A stretch of DNA of 64,000 nt, from assembly GCF_041919455.1 (NCBI RefSeq), contig NZ_JAYRTQ010000005.1, positions 33,079 through 97,078 on the forward strand, in the 5' to 3' direction. The translations under genes were made by a program, and so were the position numbers. A model generated the notes under the pieces. It worked only from the letters and a program-made list of their open reading frames with translations. It was not told where the DNA came from and ran no database searches. This document shows positions 16,134 through 25,586 of this stretch, one piece after another; positions within the stretch are counted from its first letter, which is position 1, and every line of letters begins with the position of its first letter. The DNA is from Thermomonas sp. (lineage in GTDB: Bacteria; Pseudomonadota; Gammaproteobacteria; Xanthomonadales; Xanthomonadaceae).

Positions 16134-18755
16134 ATGTCCATTCCTCCCGCGTCCAACGATCACTGGCTGGTGCTGAAGTTCGGTGGCACGTCGGTGTCGA
16201 AACGCGAGCGCTGGGACACCATCGGGCGGTTGGCGGCGGAGCGCGCGGCTAACGAACACGCCCGCGTGCTGGTGGTGGTGTCGGCGCTGTCTGGCGTCAC
16301 CAACGAGCTGACCGCGATCGCCAACGGCGACGATGTGTCGGGCCGTGTCGCGGCGCTGATCGAACGCCATCGCGCGTTCTGCGCGGACGAACTCGGGATC
16401 GATGCCGATGCCGCGCTCGGCGAACGCCTGCGTGCGCTGGAAGCCCTTCGCGATGATCCGCGTTCGGCCACCCGCACGCTGGACTGGCAGGCCGAGGTGC
16501 TGGGGCAGGGCGAGTTGCTCTCGTCCACGCTCGGTGCGGCCTACCTGCGCGAACAGGGCCTGGACTTCGGCTGGTGCGATGCGCGCGACTGGCTGGACGC
16601 GCTGCCGCCGCAGCCCAACCAGACCGACTGGTCGCAGCGGCTGTCGGTGAACTGCCAATGGCAGGCCGACGCCGCATGGCGCGAACGCTTCACCGCCCAG
16701 CCCGCGCGGCTGTTGCTGACCCAGGGTTTCATCTCGCGCCACCAGGACGGCGGCACCGCGATCCTCGGGCGTGGTGGCTCGGATACGTCGGCGTCGTATT
16801 TCGGTGCCTTGCTCGGCGCGCGGCGCGTCGAGATCTGGACCGACGTGCCCGGCATGTTCAGCGCCAATCCGCGCGAGGTGCCCGACGCGCGGCTGCTGAC
16901 CCGCCTCGATTATTACGAGGCGCAGGAAATCGCCACCACCGGCGCCAAGGTGCTGCATCCGCGTTCGATCAAGCCCTGCCGCGACGGCGGCGTGCCGCTG
17001 TGCATCCTCGATACCGGCCGCCCGCACCTGCCGGGCACGCGCATCGACGGCAGCGCGGCGGCGGTGGCCGGGGTCAAGGCGATCAGCCGGCGCAACGGCA
17101 TCGTGCTGGTATCGATGGAAGGCATCGGCATGTGGCAGCAGGTCGGCTTCCTGGCCGACGTGTTCGGCCTGTTCAAGAAGCACGGCCTGTCGGTCGACCT
17201 GATCGGTTCCGCGGAGACCAACGTCACGGTGTCGCTGGATCCGTCCGAGAACCTGGTCAGCACCGACGTGCTCTCGGCGTTGTCGGCCGACCTGTCGAAG
17301 GTGTGCAAGGTCAAGGTCATCGTGCCCTGCGCGGCGATCACCCTGGTCGGCCGCGGCATGCGCTCGCTGCTGCACAAGCTGTCCGAGGTCTGGGCGATGT
17401 TCGGACGAGAACGCGTGCACCTGATCTCGCAATCGTCGAACGACTTGAACCTGACCTTCGTGGTCGATGAAGCCGCTGCCGACGGCATGCTGCCCAAGCT
17501 GCATGCTGCGCTGATCGACAGTGGCGCGATGCCGGTCTACGAGGCCGACGTCTTCGGCCCGCGCTGGCGCGAAATCAACGGTGCCGTTCGCCCGCGCCCC
17601 ACGCCTTGGTGGCATTCGCCGCGCGAGCGCCAGCGCTTGCTCGAACTGGCCGAAGCCGGCACCCCGCGCTACGTCTACCACCTGCCGACGGTGCGCGAAC
17701 GGGCGCGCCAGTTGAAGGCGATCGCCGCGGTCGACCAGCGCTACTACGCGATCAAGGCGAACTCGCATCCCGGGATCCTGCGCACGCTGGCGGAGGAAGG
17801 TTTCGGCCTGGAGTGCGTGTCGCTGGGCGAGTTGCAACGGGTGTTCGCGGCGGTGCCCGGGTTCGATCCTGCACGCGTGTTGTTCACTCCGAATTTTGCG
17901 CCGATCAGCGAGTACGAGGCGGCGTTTTCGCTGGGCGTCAATGTCACCGTCGACAACGTGGAACTGCTGCGCCAGTGGCCGGAGATCTTCCGCGGCCGCA
18001 CGCTGTGGTTGCGCATCGACCTGGGCCACGGCGATGGCCACCATGCCAAGGTCAACACCGGCGGCAAGGAGGCGAAGTTCGGCGTGTCGACCCAGCGCGT
18101 CGAGGAATTCATCGATGTCGCGCGCTCGCTTGGCGTGCGCATCACCGGCCTGCATGCGCACCTGGGCAGCGGCATCGAAACCACCGCGCACTGGAAACTG
18201 GTGGTCGATGAGTTGGCCGGCTTCGCCCGGCGCATCGGCAGCATCGAGGTGCTGGACATCGGCGGTGGCCTGCCGATCGCCTACAGCGCCGACGACGAAC
18301 CGTTCGACCTCGATGCCTGGGCCGAGGGACTCGCGCAGATCAAGGCGGTGCATCCGGCGTTCCGGTTGGCGATCGAGCCGGGTCGTTTCCTGGTCGCGGA
18401 ATCCGGCGTGGTGCTGACGCGCGCCACCCAGGTGGTCGAGAAGGACGGCGTGCGTCGCGTTGGCCTGGATGCCGGCATGAACGTACTGATTCGCCCGGCG
18501 CTTTACGACGCCTGGCACGACATCGTGAACCTGGCGCGGCTGGACCAGGACTTCGATACCGACTTCGACGTGGTCGGCCCGATCTGCGAATCCAGCGATA
18601 TCTTCGGCAACCGGGTGAAGCTGCCGGCCGCAACCGCGCCGGGCGATGCGATGGTGATCGCCGATGCCGGCGCCTACGGTTTCAGCATGGCCAATACCTA
18701 CAACCTGCGCGCGCTGCCCGCAGAGGACCTGCTCGATGAAGGTGTGTCTGAATGA
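16134..18755 (+). CDS. bifunctional aspartate kinase / diaminopimelate decarboxylase (LysC-LysA fusion)
   Basis: 873 aa from MSIPPASNDHWLVLKFGGTSV (aspartokinase N-terminus, ACT region) to PLP-dependent Orn/DAP decarboxylase half (...HAHLGSGIET...). Confidence 0.85.
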   Translation: MSIPPASNDHWLVLKFGGTSVSKRERWDTIGRLAAERAANEHARVLVVVSALSGVTNELTAIANGDDVSGRVAALIERHRAFCADELGIDADAALGERLRALEALRDDPRSATRTLDWQAEVLGQGELLSSTLGAAYLREQGLDFGWCDARDWLDALPPQPNQTDWSQRLSVNCQWQADAAWRERFTAQPARLLLTQGFISRHQDGGTAILGRGGSDTSASYFGALLGARRVEIWTDVPGMFSANPREVPDARLLTRLDYYEAQEIATTGAKVLHPRSIKPCRDGGVPLCILDTGRPHLPGTRIDGSAAAVAGVKAISRRNGIVLVSMEGIGMWQQVGFLADVFGLFKKHGLSVDLIGSAETNVTVSLDPSENLVSTDVLSALSADLSKVCKVKVIVPCAAITLVGRGMRSLLHKLSEVWAMFGRERVHLISQSSNDLNLTFVVDEAAADGMLPKLHAALIDSGAMPVYEADVFGPRWREINGAVRPRPTPWWHSPRERQRLLELAEAGTPRYVYHLPTVRERARQLKAIAAVDQRYYAIKANSHPGILRTLAEEGFGLECVSLGELQRVFAAVPGFDPARVLFTPNFAPISEYEAAFSLGVNVTVDNVELLRQWPEIFRGRTLWLRIDLGHGDGHHAKVNTGGKEAKFGVSTQRVEEFIDVARSLGVRITGLHAHLGSGIETTAHWKLVVDELAGFARRIGSIEVLDIGGGLPIAYSADDEPFDLDAWAEGLAQIKAVHPAFRLAIEPGRFLVAESGVVLTRATQVVEKDGVRRVGLDAGMNVLIRPALYDAWHDIVNLARLDQDFDTDFDVVGPICESSDIFGNRVKLPAATAPGDAMVIADAGAYGFSMANTYNLRALPAEDLLDEGVSE

Positions 18756-20194
18756 CTGACTGGGTGTTCGATCGCGACGCGATCCGCGCGTTCCGCTTCG
18801 TGCGATGCGGCTTCGATGCCGCCACCGGCGTGGCGCGGCTGGTCTACGCCTTCGACGACGGCCCGGAGCTGGTCGAGACGGTGACGTTGCCGGGTGCGCC
18901 GTTCGCACTGGACGATGCACAGGCGGCCGCGGCGACACGCGCATTGCAATTGCTGCACTTGATCGCGGGCGTGAGCTACTACAAAGCGGCGATCCCGCAA
19001 GAAATCCGCATCGACGGTTACGACATCGATGCCGCGACCGCGGCGTTGCTGGAAACGGTGTACCTCAACGGGCTGGGCGAGTTTGCGTATCGCAATGGGT
19101 TGAGCCTGCAGGGGCGGATCAAGTTCCCTGTAGCCCGGGTAAGCGAAGCGCACCCGGGGAATCAGGTTGCCGGAACCCCGGATGCGGCCGTTGGCCTTAT
19201 CCGGGCTACAGAAGCGGCGGCAAAGCCGCTTGGCCTGCGCGTACACGCGCTGGTCGCGATCGGTGGCGGCAAGGATTCGCTGGTCAGCATCGAGGCGCTG
19301 CGTGCCGAAGGGGTGGCGCAGACCGTCACCTGGATCGGCGGTTCGCAGTTGATCGCGGCCTGCGCGGCGCACACCGGGTTGCCGACGCTCAACATCGGCC
19401 GCCAGTTGGCCACGCAGTTGTTCGACTTCAATCGCCAGGGCGCGTGGAACGGGCATATCCCGGTGACCGCGGTGAACTCCGCGATCATGGCCTTCGCCGC
19501 CATCGTGATCGGCGTGGACCAGGTGGTGTTCTCCAACGAACGCTCGGCCAGCTACGGCTCGCTGATCGTGTCCGAGGACGGCACCGCCACCAGTGAAGTC
19601 AACCACCAGTGGTCGAAGGGCTGGGCGTTCGAATCCGCATTCGGCGACCACCTGCAATCGCATGTGGCAGCAGACCTGCAGTACTACTCGCTGCTGCGCC
19701 CGCTCAGCGAGCTCGCGGTGGCCCGTCAGTTCGCGAAGACCGACCGTTACGACGCGCATTTCTCCAGCTGCAATCGCAACTTCCACATCCTCGGCGAACG
19801 GCCCACCAGCCGCTGGTGCGGGGTCTGCCCGAAGTGCCATTTCGTGTTCCTCGCGCTGGCGCCGTTCGTGCCGAAGTTGCGCCTGGTCGGCATCGTCGGC
19901 CGCAACCTGCTGGATGATCCGGCGCAGACCGGCGGCTTCGATGCGCTGCTGGAATACCAGGACCACAAGCCATTCGAATGCGTCGGCGAAGGCCGCGAGT
20001 CGCGCGCGGCGATGGCTGCGCTCGCGCAGCGCCCCGAGTGGCGGGAAGACGCATTGGTTGCCCGTTTCGCCAACGAAATCGCGCCGCAGCTGCAGGCCGA
20101 AGACCTGCGCATCGAGCCGCTGCTGGTGCTGGACGAGGAACAGCGGATTCCCGCGGCGTTGTGGGAGCGGTTGCGTGCGCGCTTCGCCGCCTGA
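18752..20194 (+). CDS. murL: UDP-MurNAc-L-Ala-L-Glu epimerase MurL-like protein
   Basis: 480-aa protein immediately upstream of and coupled to a MurD paralog, as for murL/murD2 reported in Xanthomonas oryzae. Call is by context and family recollection. ATGA overlap with lysAC. Confidence 0.6.
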   Translation: MTDWVFDRDAIRAFRFVRCGFDAATGVARLVYAFDDGPELVETVTLPGAPFALDDAQAAAATRALQLLHLIAGVSYYKAAIPQEIRIDGYDIDAATAALLETVYLNGLGEFAYRNGLSLQGRIKFPVARVSEAHPGNQVAGTPDAAVGLIRATEAAAKPLGLRVHALVAIGGGKDSLVSIEALRAEGVAQTVTWIGGSQLIAACAAHTGLPTLNIGRQLATQLFDFNRQGAWNGHIPVTAVNSAIMAFAAIVIGVDQVVFSNERSASYGSLIVSEDGTATSEVNHQWSKGWAFESAFGDHLQSHVAADLQYYSLLRPLSELAVARQFAKTDRYDAHFSSCNRNFHILGERPTSRWCGVCPKCHFVFLALAPFVPKLRLVGIVGRNLLDDPAQTGGFDALLEYQDHKPFECVGEGRESRAAMAALAQRPEWREDALVARFANEIAPQLQAEDLRIEPLLVLDEEQRIPAALWERLRARFAA

Positions 20195-20200
20195 GCGCGC

Positions 20201-21598
20201 ATGAAGATCGCCGACCTCGCCGGCAAGCGGGTCGCCCTGTGGGGCTGGGGGCGCGAGGGTCGCGCGGCTTACACCGCGTTGCGCGCCCGGCTGCCTGGTC
20301 AATCGCTGGCCCTGTTCTGCAGCGAAGCCGAAGCCGCCGATGCAGTGGCATCGAACGATCCATTGCTCGTCATCGAACACGCAGCGACCGGCGAACGCCT
20401 CGGTACGTTCCACATGGTGGTGAAGTCGCCCGGCATCAGCCCGAACACGCCGGACGCGCTGGAGGCCGCGTCGCACGGCACGCGCTTCATCGGCGGCACC
20501 GCGTTGTGGTTCGGCGAGCGCGCCGATGCCCACGGCGATATCGCCAACGCCATTTGCGTCACAGGCACCAAGGGCAAGAGCACCACGTCATCGCTGCTGG
20601 CGCACCTGCTGCGCGCCGGCGGCCTGCGCACGGCGCTGGCCGGCAACATCGGCCTGCCGTTGCTGGAACTGCTGGATGACCGGGCCGACGCTTGGGCCAT
20701 CGAGTTGTCCAGCTACCAGACCCGGGACGTGGCTGCGTCCGGTGCGCGCCCGCGCATCGCCATCGTCACCAACCTGCATCCCGAGCACCTGGACTGGCAC
20801 GGCAGCGAGGCGCGCTACATCGCCGACAAGCTGGCGCTGGTGACCGAAGCGCGCCCGCACATCGCCGTGCTCAATGCCGCCGATCGTCGCCTGGCCGCAC
20901 TGTCGTTGCCTGATTCGGAAATCCACTGGTACGGCGATGCGCGCGGCTGGCATTTGCGCGATGACGCGCTGTATCGCGCCGATGCCTTGGTGATGGACAC
21001 CACATCGCTGCCGCTGCCGGGCTGGCACAACCGCAGCAACCTGTGCGCGGTGCTCACCGCGCTGGAAGCATTCGGCCTGGATGCGGCTGCGCTGGCAGCG
21101 CATGCGGCGACGTTCCAGCCTTTGCCCAATCGCCTGCAGCCGATCGGCACGCGCGACGGCATCCTCTACGTCAACGATTCGATCAGCACCACGCCGATGG
21201 CCACGCTGGCCGCGCTGGCGTTGTACCGCGATCGCCCGGTCGCGTTGCTGGTGGGTGGGCACGACCGTGGGCTGCCATGGGACGACTTCGCGGAGGCGAT
21301 GCGCACGCAGGCACCGCGCACGATCGTGACGATGGGGCAGAACGGCCCGCGCATTCGCGCGTTGCTGGAGCCGGTTGCGAAGCAGGCGGATTTTGCGCTG
21401 TCGTCGGCCAGCGATCTTTCCGATGCGATGGTGCAGGCGCGTGGTGCGCTGGCCGACGACGGGGTGCTGCTGTTGTCGCCGGGCGCGCCGAGTTTCGGCA
21501 TGTACCGCGACTACGTGGCGCGCGGTCGCCACTTCGCCGAACTCGCCGGCTTCGATCCGGAGATGATTTCCGGGATCTCGGGGATGGGGATCGCCTGA
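20201..21598 (+). CDS. murD2: MurD-paralog ligase (MurD2, UDP-MurNAc-L-Ala:L-Glu ligase)
   Basis: 465 aa. Mur ligase fold with P-loop GTKGKSTT. Paired with murL. Confidence 0.7.
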   Translation: MKIADLAGKRVALWGWGREGRAAYTALRARLPGQSLALFCSEAEAADAVASNDPLLVIEHAATGERLGTFHMVVKSPGISPNTPDALEAASHGTRFIGGTALWFGERADAHGDIANAICVTGTKGKSTTSSLLAHLLRAGGLRTALAGNIGLPLLELLDDRADAWAIELSSYQTRDVAASGARPRIAIVTNLHPEHLDWHGSEARYIADKLALVTEARPHIAVLNAADRRLAALSLPDSEIHWYGDARGWHLRDDALYRADALVMDTTSLPLPGWHNRSNLCAVLTALEAFGLDAAALAAHAATFQPLPNRLQPIGTRDGILYVNDSISTTPMATLAALALYRDRPVALLVGGHDRGLPWDDFAEAMRTQAPRTIVTMGQNGPRIRALLEPVAKQADFALSSASDLSDAMVQARGALADDGVLLLSPGAPSFGMYRDYVARGRHFAELAGFDPEMISGISGMGIA

Positions 21599-21698
21599 GC
21601 GCGACCGGGTTCGAAGATTCGCGGATCGGCCCCAGGAAGTTCACGCATGTTGAATCCGGTCGGGTTAGCGTATGCGGACTTCCCCCGGAGTTGCCGCC

Positions 21699-22499
21699 AT
21701 GCGCCGTTCCCTGCTGGTCCTCGGATTGTTGCTCGCCACTGCCCCCGCGCTAGCCGCCATGCAGGCGAAACCGATCGAATGGAAGGTCGGCAAGGAGCGT
21801 TTCAGCGGTTACGTGGTCTACGACGATGCCTCGAAGGACAAGCGCCCCGGCCTGGTGATGGTGCCGAACTGGATGGGCGTGACCAAGGACTCGGTCGAAC
21901 GCGCGAAGGCCATTGCCGGAGACGATTACGTGATCCTGATCGCCGACGTATACGGCAAGGGCAACCGGCCGAAGAATGCGAAGCAGGCCGGCGCACTCGC
22001 GGGAAGCTTGCGCGGCGACGACCGTACGCGCCTGCGCGCACGCATGCAGGGCGCGCTGGCCACGCTCAAGGCCCAGGCGGCGAAGGTGCCGCTGGATGCG
22101 GACAGGATCGGGGCATTCGGTTTCTGCTTCGGCGGTTCCGCGGTGCTGGAGCTCGCGCGCGCCGGAGGCGAGCTGGCCGGCGTGGTCAGCCTGCATGGTG
22201 GGCTGGCACCGGGCGTCAAGTCCGCGACCGCCGCAGAAGTGAAAGCACCGGTACTCGTGCTCAATGGTGCCGACGACAAGGCGGTGAGCGACGCCGACAT
22301 CCTCGCGTTCGAACAGGAAATGGACGGGGCCGGCGCGGACTGGCAGTTCGTCGACTTCAGCGGCGCGGTGCATTGCTTCGCCGAGCCGAGTGCCGGCAAC
22401 GATCCGTCCACCAATTGCGCTTACGACGAACGCGCGGCCAAGCGCGCCTATCGGATGATGGACGACTTCTTCGAAGAGCGTTTCGACACTGCGGATTGA
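21699..22499 (+). CDS. dienelactone hydrolase family protein (secreted)
   Basis: Signal peptide MRRSLLVLGLLLATAPALA. DLH fold motifs (...GFCFGG...). GGAG RBS. Confidence 0.7.
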   Translation: MRRSLLVLGLLLATAPALAAMQAKPIEWKVGKERFSGYVVYDDASKDKRPGLVMVPNWMGVTKDSVERAKAIAGDDYVILIADVYGKGNRPKNAKQAGALAGSLRGDDRTRLRARMQGALATLKAQAAKVPLDADRIGAFGFCFGGSAVLELARAGGELAGVVSLHGGLAPGVKSATAAEVKAPVLVLNGADDKAVSDADILAFEQEMDGAGADWQFVDFSGAVHCFAEPSAGNDPSTNCAYDERAAKRAYRMMDDFFEERFDTAD

Positions 22500-22560
22500 T
22501 CGCCGGCCAGTAGCGTGTCGTCGGAAATAGTGCGTTGATGGTTCCCGGGTGCGCTGAGCT

Positions 22561-22706
22561 TACCCGGGCTACGAAATGCTTGCTGTTGTAGCCCGGATAA
22601 GGCCGAAGGCCGCATCCGGGGAATTGCTTACCCGGGCTACGAAAGGCGGCATGACCCGCGGCTTTTGTAGCCCGGATAAGGCCGAAGGCCGCATCCGGGG
22701 AATTGC
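22561..22706. repeat. tandem pair of REP-like palindromic units between convergent genes
   Basis: Two ~70-bp direct copies. Each holds hairpin CCGGGCTAC...GTAGCCCGG and hairpin CCCGGATAAGGCCGAAGGCCGCATCCGGG. The latter resembles the E. coli REP core (GCCGGATAAGGCG...GCATCCGGC). Confidence 0.6.
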
Positions 22707-22711
22707 GCGAC

Positions 22712-23713
22712 TCAGTGGTCGCGGCTGACCGAGTAGTGCGCCAGCCCGCGCAGGGCGGCGACATGGTCGTTGTCACTCAAACCGGACAGTGCGGCTTCCG
22801 CGTCGCGTGCATACCGCAGCGCGCAGTCGCGGCTGTAGTCCAGGCTGCCGCAGGCGTGGATCGCGGCCATGACCTGCGGCAGCGCGCCGGTATCGCCCTG
22901 CTGGATCGCCGCGCGCAACACGGCTTGCGTTGCGGCGTCGCTGTGCTGCATCGCGTGGATGAGCGGCACGGTGGCCTTGCCTTCAGCCAGGTCGTCGCCC
23001 AGGTTCTTGCCCAGCGTTTCCGCGTCGGAGGCGTAGTCGAGCACGTCGTCGGCGATCTGGAAGGCGTAGCCCAGCGCCATGCCGTAGCGATGCATGGCAT
23101 CGCACGTCGCGGCATCGGCACCGGCCAACAACGCGCCCAGTCGCGTCGCAGCGGCGAACAGCACCGCGGTCTTGCGTTCGATCACCCGCAGGTAGGCGGC
23201 CTCATTGGTGTCGGGGTTGCGCACGTGCAGCAGTTGCAGCACCTCGCCCTCGGCGATGGTGTTGGTGGTGTTGGCCAGGAGTTGCTGCACGTCCATGCGT
23301 TCCAGTTCCACCATCAGCTGGAAGCTGCGCGAATACAGGAAGTCGCCGACCAGCACGCTGGCCGCATTGCCCCACACCGCATTCGCGGTCTTGCGGCCGC
23401 GGCGCAGGTCGGACTCGTCGACCACGTCGTCGTGCAGCAGGGTGGAGGTGTGGATGAACTCCACCACCGCCGCCAGCTGGTGGACGTCGGTACTGCGATG
23501 ACCGAGCGCGCCGGCCGTGAGCAGCAGCAGCATCGGCCGCAGCCGCTTGCCGCCGGCGCCGATGATGTACTCGGCCACCTGGTTGATCAGCACCACGTCC
23601 GAAGCCAGCCGCTGGCGGATCAACGCATCCATCGCCGCCATCTCCGGGGCGGCCAGGGCCTGGATCGCGGGCAGGGCGAGTCGACGTGGGGTTTGCGCGG
23701 CGGTGTCGTGCAT
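22712..23713 (-). CDS. ispB: octaprenyl-diphosphate synthase
   Basis: 333 aa from MHDTAAQ. FARM LLHDDVVD and SARM FQIADDVLD motifs. Confidence 0.85.
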   Translation of the reverse strand: MHDTAAQTPRRLALPAIQALAAPEMAAMDALIRQRLASDVVLINQVAEYIIGAGGKRLRPMLLLLTAGALGHRSTDVHQLAAVVEFIHTSTLLHDDVVDESDLRRGRKTANAVWGNAASVLVGDFLYSRSFQLMVELERMDVQQLLANTTNTIAEGEVLQLLHVRNPDTNEAAYLRVIERKTAVLFAAATRLGALLAGADAATCDAMHRYGMALGYAFQIADDVLDYASDAETLGKNLGDDLAEGKATVPLIHAMQHSDAATQAVLRAAIQQGDTGALPQVMAAIHACGSLDYSRDCALRYARDAEAALSGLSDNDHVAALRGLAHYSVSRDH

Positions 23714-23787
23714 GGGCGGTCGCTTCAGCGGATGCCGAATTATAAGCCGCAGCCGCCGTGGCCGGCCCCGGTCGCCGCGTGGCGGGC

Positions 23788-24900
23788 TTATCCCGGCAGC
23801 AGGGCGGCTTCCGAGGCGGTCTGCGACATGCGCTTCTGCACCTCGTCGCGCATCTGCGCCAGTTCGCCGCCGATCTGCTGGCGCTTGGCCATGCCCTCGC
23901 GATGGATCTCGCGCACTTCCTCGACGGTCTGGATCAGCTTGTCGTGGACGTGGCGCAGGGTCTCGATGTCGATCACCGAGCGCTGGTTGGCCTTGGCCGT
24001 GCCCACCGACGTGGCATGCACCAGGTCGGCGTTCTTGCGCATCAGTTCGTTGCTGGCATCGTCGATCGCGTTGGCCAGGTCGACCGCGTTGCGCTGGTCG
24101 GCCAGCGACAGCTGGATCGCGAACTGGTTTCGCCACATCGGGATGGTGATGTCGCGAACCGCGCTGAATTTCTCGATGAGCTGGATCGCGTTGGCCTGGA
24201 TCAGCCGGATCATCGGCAGGGTCTGGTCGGCGGCGTGCTGCAGCACCTGCAGGTCTGAGACGCGCTTGTCGAGCAGGCGCAGCGCGGTGTCCAGTTCGGC
24301 GCGCTGGATCCGGCTCTGCGGATCGTCCTGTCCGGCGAGTGCGGACAGGTCCTGCTGCAGTTCGGCGATGCGCACCCGGCCGGCGGCCACGTGGATACCC
24401 AGTGCGTGGCGTTCCTCAAGCACGATGCCGTGCATCTGGTCGTATTCGCGCACGCGCTGCTGCTGGGTGGCCTGGGTCTGGCCGACGTCGCGCATCAGCT
24501 GGTCGATCTGGCTGTTGGTCGAGCTGTACTTCTGCACCAGGTCGTCGCGCGTGGCCTTCAGCTTGTCGATCAGCGGGCCCAGGATCGGCAGCTTGGAGCG
24601 CTCGCCGAATGAGTCCAGGTTGAGGCTGCGCGCGATGCGCACCACTTCGCCGAGCTTCTCCCCGGAGTTGTCGAGGTCCGCATTGCGCACCTTGTCGAGC
24701 AACTGGGTGGAGAAGCTGCTGGTCTTGCCTGCCGCTTCGCGGCCGTAGCCATGCAGGTTGCCGGGCGTGATGTCCTGCAACGCCCGCGAGGTTTCCTGGA
24801 TCTTGCCGATGTCGGCGCTGGTCAGGCCCAGGTCGAGCAACGCTTTCTCGTCCAGCGCGGCCGGCAGCAGGGACGTGGATTCGGGGTTGTGCGTGGTCAT
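23788..24900 (-). CDS. telA: TelA (toxic anion resistance / YaaN) family protein
   Basis: 370 aa. ...MIRLIQANAIQLIEKF...IPMWRNQFAIQLSLA...VIDIETLRHVHDKLIQTVEEVREIHREGMAKRQQ aligns with B. subtilis YaaN/TelA (...QIRLIQNNDTLMSEKIQ...IPLWKSQMVLALGLE...IVDIETLVHTNNSLISTLDEVAKIQEEGRIKRRE). Confidence 0.8.
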   Translation of the reverse strand: MTTHNPESTSLLPAALDEKALLDLGLTSADIGKIQETSRALQDITPGNLHGYGREAAGKTSSFSTQLLDKVRNADLDNSGEKLGEVVRIARSLNLDSFGERSKLPILGPLIDKLKATRDDLVQKYSSTNSQIDQLMRDVGQTQATQQQRVREYDQMHGIVLEERHALGIHVAAGRVRIAELQQDLSALAGQDDPQSRIQRAELDTALRLLDKRVSDLQVLQHAADQTLPMIRLIQANAIQLIEKFSAVRDITIPMWRNQFAIQLSLADQRNAVDLANAIDDASNELMRKNADLVHATSVGTAKANQRSVIDIETLRHVHDKLIQTVEEVREIHREGMAKRQQIGGELAQMRDEVQKRMSQTASEAALLPG

Positions 24901-25586
24901 GGCGACTCCTGGGCGGCTGCGTGCGTTGGGGTTGCGGTTGGCGATTGCGTGAGGCCGGTGATGCCGGATTCGATCGATGCCACCAGCGTGGCGGCATCGC
25001 GCATCCGTGCTGCATCGTCCCGTCCTGCCAATGCAGCGCGATGCTGGACCAGCAGGCCTTCGACCTGCGGCAGCATGTGCTGATAACGGGCCGACAGTGC
25101 CTGCCCATTCTGCACCAGCACGCCGAGCTGGGTGGCAGTGAGCGTGCAGCCGAGGCGGCTGGATTCGAGCAGGCGCAGGCGCGTGTGATGGGTGGATGGA
25201 TCCGATGTGGTGGAAGCAAGGCCGGCGATGGCCGCATCGAATCCAGCGGCCAGCCCGGACAGGCGATCGCGCAACGAAGCAAGCGTGTGGTTGTGGCGTT
25301 CGAGTGCCTCGCCACGCTGGCGCGCCTGCAACACCAGCAGCGCGAGTTGCTCGCGCAGGGCGGTGGACTGCGCCTGCAGTTCGATGTCCCGGCCGAGCAG
25401 GCGGCCGAAGAAACCCACGCTTTTCCGCAAGGCACCCGCATCGGTCGACAACAGCACGGTGCGCAGGTCGCGCAGGGTCGCCTGGATGTCGTGCGCGGGC
25501 GACTGCAACGAAGCCGCCTCAGCCTGTGCGCGGCGCGCGGCATCGAGCAGGCTGGCGTCGTCGCGTGGAGTCTCCAGCGCGCTCAT
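24897..25586 (-). CDS. coiled-coil protein (229 aa) translationally coupled between giant ATPase and TelA (KlaA-like position?)
   Basis: ATGA overlaps at both ends. Heptad-rich. No recognisable domain. Confidence 0.55.
   Translation of the reverse strand: MSALETPRDDASLLDAARRAQAEAASLQSPAHDIQATLRDLRTVLLSTDAGALRKSVGFFGRLLGRDIELQAQSTALREQLALLVLQARQRGEALERHNHTLASLRDRLSGLAAGFDAAIAGLASTTSDPSTHHTRLRLLESSRLGCTLTATQLGVLVQNGQALSARYQHMLPQVEGLLVQHRAALAGRDDAARMRDAATLVASIESGITGLTQSPTATPTHAAAQESP

Noticed and set aside
22357-22776. 139-aa ORF spanning the REP region
   Set aside because: Runs through extragenic palindromes with no RBS. Antisense to the ispB 3' end.
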